From Halomicronema hongdechloris C2206 (lineage in GTDB: Bacteria > Cyanobacteriota > Cyanobacteriia > Phormidesmidales > Phormidesmidaceae), in the NCBI RefSeq assembly GCF_002075285.3, contig NZ_CP021983.2:2070001-2102000 (forward strand): a stretch of 32,000 nucleotides of DNA. Direction: 5' to 3'. The notes below the pieces were generated by a model. That model worked only from the letters and a program-made list of their open reading frames with translations. It was not told where the DNA came from and made no database searches. Below are positions 29,377-32,000 of the stretch, one piece after another. Every line of letters starts with the position of its first letter. Position 1 is the first letter of the stretch. The position numbers were made by a program, and so were the translations under genes.

Positions 29377-31961
29377 AAGCGTTCTGCTGTTAACTCGGGG
29401 CGCTGGTAATAGCCTCGGGCTAGCCCCATGCCACCAATGTGCAGTTCACCTGGCACCCCAATGGGAGTGGGTTGTCCGGCTTTATCCAGCACATATAGCT
29501 GAGTGTTGGCAATGGGCTGGCCTAAGGGCACTGTCTCACACTCAGCCCTCAGTTCACTCACCGCAGACCAAATCGTCGTCTCGGTCGGTCCATACAGGTT
29601 CCAGACCCCTGCACTGCGAGCGTACAACTGATGGGCTAACTCCAATGGCAAGGCGTCCCCGCCACAGAACACTAGCAATGCAGATGACCCGGACCACTCC
29701 GTTGACATCAGCATCTGCCAGGTGGCTGGAGTCGCTTGCAGCACTGTCGCGTCAAATTGCTCTAGTCGCCGAGCCAAATGATGAGCATCACAGGCGACCT
29801 CTCGACTCACCACCTCCAATCGAGCTCCTTGAAGGAGTGGCAGGTATAACTCCAAGGCTGCAATGTCAAAAGCGACGGTTGTGACTGAGACCAGTCGGTC
29901 CTCAGCCCTGAGCCCTGGATACTCAGCCATGCTATATAGGAAGTTGCTCAACGCCTGATGGGGAATCTGGACGCCTTTGGGGGCTCCGGTGGACCCTGAG
30001 GTGTAGATCACATAGCTGAGCTGCTCGAGTGCGGTAACTGGAGCAGGAGGATAGCTGGGGCTCTCAGCAATGCAGTCCCAATCGGTGTCTAGGCACAGAG
30101 GGGAAACTGAGGTGGGTAGCACGCCAACGTGAGCTGCTTGCGTTAGCAAACAACGGGCCTGTGCGTCTTCTAGGATATAGGCCAGTCGCTCTTGAGGGTG
30201 GCTCGGATCCAGAGGCACATACGCACCCCCCGCTTTCAGCACCCCTAGCAGTGCAATCACCATCGCCACCGAGCGCTCTAGACATACCCCTACTAAGGTT
30301 TCAGGTCCCACGCCTTGGCCCTGCAGGTAATGGGCCAATTGATTGGCCCGACGATTCAACTCGTCATAGGTCAGGTGCTGCTGCTCAAACACTAGCGCCA
30401 CTGCCTCCGGGCTGCGCTCCACTTGCGCTTCAAATAACTCATGGAGGCAAGCCTCTGAATACTCAGCCTCCGTCTGATTCCAGTCAACTAAAATATGCCG
30501 TTGTTCTTGTTCGCTAAAGAGGGAAAGCTCTGATATAGGTAATTTATAGTCAGTAACAACAGACGCTAATAAATTTTGGAAATGTGAAGTTAGGTCAGCA
30601 ATAGTAATTTCATTAAATAAATCTAGACTGTACTCTACTTGTCCTCGAATTGCTTGATCGACTTCAGACAAATTAAAACGTAATTCAAATTTTGTTGTTT
30701 CGCTTTCTATTGGAAAAGTCTCTAAGTTCAAGCCAGACAGCCTTAGTTCATCTACAGAAGCAAGCTGAAAATCAAACTTGACTTGAAATAGTGGATTGAC
30801 TCGACTGAGATCTCGTTCGGGCTTTAAATACTCAACTAATCTTTCAAAAGGCAGATCTTGATGAGCATAAGCTTCTAGTGTTACTTCACGAACTTTTTGT
30901 ACTACCTCTTGAAAGGTAAAACTGCTGTTCAGCTTTGTTCGTAGCACTAATGTATTTACTAAGAGGCCAATTAATCCCTCAGTTTCGATCTGGTTTCGAT
31001 TAGCAATATCAGTGCCTATAACAATGTCTTCTTGATTGGAATATTTATAAAGTAAGATCTTAAATGTTGTCAATAGTAAGACAAACAAGCTTATCCCTTC
31101 TTGGGCACTCAGTTGCTTCAACGCTGCAGTAAGCGGTCTTGACAATGTAATAGGATATCGACCTCCACGAAATGTTGGTGTAGTTGGTCGAGACTTATCC
31201 GTCGGAAGTTCTAGCATCGACATATCAGCAAGCTGCTGGTGCCAATAGCTCAGCTGTTTTTCTAATCTCTCTCTCTGTAGCCATTGCCGTTGCCAGAGTG
31301 CCCAATCCGCATATTGAATTGGCAAATCAAGCAGGGGAGACGGTTCACCTTTTGAAAACGCTTCATAGAGGGCCTTAAATTCTCGTGTTAGGATGCCCAA
31401 AGACCAGCGATCAGCAATAATATGATGAAGTGTTAGTAGCAACACATGATCTGTCTCACCTAGACGCAGAAGAGCAAGCCTCGAGGATGATTGAGAAAGA
31501 TCAAAAGGCAGCTGTGAAATTTGTCTAACTAAATCTTGAGATTCTGAAGTTAGCTGAGGTACTTGAGTCAGATCAAAAACAGGCAATCTCACAGAAGTTG
31601 ACTCAATAACCTGCATGGGGTTTCCTTCATCGTCGCTTATAAAGCGAGTTCGCAAGGTTTCATGGCGCCTGAATAGCTCATGAAAAACTCGATACAGTAT
31701 TGCTATTTTAAGCTCACCCCGAAGACGTAGTGCTAAAGGAATATTGTAGGCTGTGTTCGATGGATCGAGTTGCTGAATGAACCATAATCTTTGTTGAGCA
31801 AAGGATAAAGGTGGATTATCTGAGCCTTCTCGCTTAGGAATTATCTGAGACTCGGAATACTGCAATTGCTTTTGCTTTAGCCGAAGCTCAAGCAACTTCC
31901 TTTGCTTGGGTGATAGGGTGGCAATTTGTTGAGAAAGATCTTCTGACATGACTAGATCCAA
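29319..31961 (-). CDS. NRPS, proximal part of a frameshift-split gene: N-terminal docking region - C - A(Gly-like, A1-A6 only)
   Basis: LCL-type C ('LSFAQQRLWFIQQL', 'LHHIIADRWS'). A-domain motifs 'LTYDELNRRANQLA', 'LKAGGAYVPLDP', 'YVIYTSGSTGAPKG', 'FDIAALELY', 'NLYGPTETTIW' and 'GELHIGGMGLARGYY'. The reading then runs out of frame ('ERLCPIPLAPHLGPVCTRLGT*'). The start is TTG 31961 or, more plausibly, ATG 31949 ('MSEDLSQQ'). Confidence 0.9.
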   Translation of the reverse strand: MDLVMSEDLSQQIATLSPKQRKLLELRLKQKQLQYSESQIIPKREGSDNPPLSFAQQRLWFIQQLDPSNTAYNIPLALRLRGELKIAILYRVFHELFRRHETLRTRFISDDEGNPMQVIESTSVRLPVFDLTQVPQLTSESQDLVRQISQLPFDLSQSSSRLALLRLGETDHVLLLTLHHIIADRWSLGILTREFKALYEAFSKGEPSPLLDLPIQYADWALWQRQWLQRERLEKQLSYWHQQLADMSMLELPTDKSRPTTPTFRGGRYPITLSRPLTAALKQLSAQEGISLFVLLLTTFKILLYKYSNQEDIVIGTDIANRNQIETEGLIGLLVNTLVLRTKLNSSFTFQEVVQKVREVTLEAYAHQDLPFERLVEYLKPERDLSRVNPLFQVKFDFQLASVDELRLSGLNLETFPIESETTKFELRFNLSEVDQAIRGQVEYSLDLFNEITIADLTSHFQNLLASVVTDYKLPISELSLFSEQEQRHILVDWNQTEAEYSEACLHELFEAQVERSPEAVALVFEQQHLTYDELNRRANQLAHYLQGQGVGPETLVGVCLERSVAMVIALLGVLKAGGAYVPLDPSHPQERLAYILEDAQARCLLTQAAHVGVLPTSVSPLCLDTDWDCIAESPSYPPAPVTALEQLSYVIYTSGSTGAPKGVQIPHQALSNFLYSMAEYPGLRAEDRLVSVTTVAFDIAALELYLPLLQGARLEVVSREVACDAHHLARRLEQFDATVLQATPATWQMLMSTEWSGSSALLVFCGGDALPLELAHQLYARSAGVWNLYGPTETTIWSAVSELRAECETVPLGQPIANTQLYVLDKAGQPTPIGVPGELHIGGMGLARGYYQRPELTAERLCPIPLAPHLGPVCTRLGT
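29403..29522. repeat. ~120-nt direct repeat, copy 2 (A5/A6 region of the module-1 A domain)
   Basis: See 26218-26337. Confidence 0.8.
30205..30481. repeat. 277-nt direct repeat, copy 2 (C-A linker to A2 motif of the module-1 A domain)
   Basis: See 27044-27320. Confidence 0.85.
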
Positions 31962-32000
31962 ATTTGACTATTTCTCTTTGAATTATCTTAGTAAGTCTCA

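Noticed and set aside
17856-29884. Many ORFs of 60-190 aa lie inside or antisense to the PKS/NRPS genes. Examples are 19262-19465, 24012-24203, 27042-27374, 30161-30517 and 29315-29884.
   Set aside because: They lie wholly within long, motif-rich megasynthase ORFs. Their mutual similarity only mirrors KS/KS and A/A paralogy on the opposite strand. Their composition (P/R/G/S-rich) is typical of antisense translation.
31900-32000. A second minus-strand frame is open from the window edge ('RLTKIIQREIVKFGSS...') and overlaps the NRPS start. It could be the C-terminal tail of an upstream NRPS.
   Set aside because: Only about 35 codons are visible, with no motif. It cannot be distinguished from chance openness in AT-rich sequence.
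1-32000. I looked for CRISPR arrays, tRNA/rRNA genes and riboswitch-like leaders.
   Set aside because: I found no regularly spaced short direct repeats, no cloverleaf-like or rRNA-like segments, and no recognisable riboswitch cores by eye.

Overview
This window reads as cyanobacterial DNA. There are at least four perfect HIP1 octamers (GCGATCGC, at 790, 7061, 19775 and 24489) and many CGATCG cores. It carries the 3' part of a hybrid NRPS-PKS biosynthetic gene cluster in a siderophore-like transport context.

Layout, left to right:
- (i) 1-758: a 5'-truncated hypothetical ORF.
- (ii) 3318->502, minus strand: a GC-rich accessory operon of two small unknown ORFs, an MbtH-like protein, a type II thioesterase and an Sfp/HetI-type PPTase.
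- (iii) About 3319-4174: an ORF-poor divergent region of roughly 850 nt with several perfect palindromes.
- (iv) 4175-9300, plus strand: a TonB-dependent receptor with an N-terminal AMIN-like domain, a FhuD-like substrate-binding lipoprotein and an EntS-like MFS transporter.
- (v) About 9400-13450: a roughly 4 kb nest of scrambled insertion sequences. It holds an IS110 fragment, two IS630 fragments, a complete but frameshifted IS5/IS903-group element, an ISL3 C-terminal fragment with a 36-bp inverted-repeat pair, and an IS630 orfA/orfB element with an A AAA AAC slippery site.
- (vi) 31961->13551, minus strand: a collinear assembly line. It runs NRPS C-A(Gly-like)-T-C-A(Ser-like)-T, then PKS KS-AT-KR-ACP, then PKS KS-AT, then ACP-aminotransferase-TE, then a membrane-anchored JmjC/cupin oxygenase.

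Most notable observations:
- The bimodular NRPS gene is split by a single-nucleotide frameshift inside the first adenylation domain, near 29377.
- The locus is a patchwork of two GC regimes. Hand-counted 60-nt samples gave roughly 55-67% versus 32-48% GC. Breakpoints fall inside ORFs at domain junctions: the C-A linker near 30490, just after A10 near 25800, and inside the receptor gene near 4890.
- The two A domains share about 93%-identical 5' flanks and about 89%-identical 3' flanks around divergent specificity cores.
- The line ends in a split module with an unusual ACP-AMT-TE protein.

The cluster continues beyond nt 32000. All functional calls rest on motif recognition by eye; no database search was possible.
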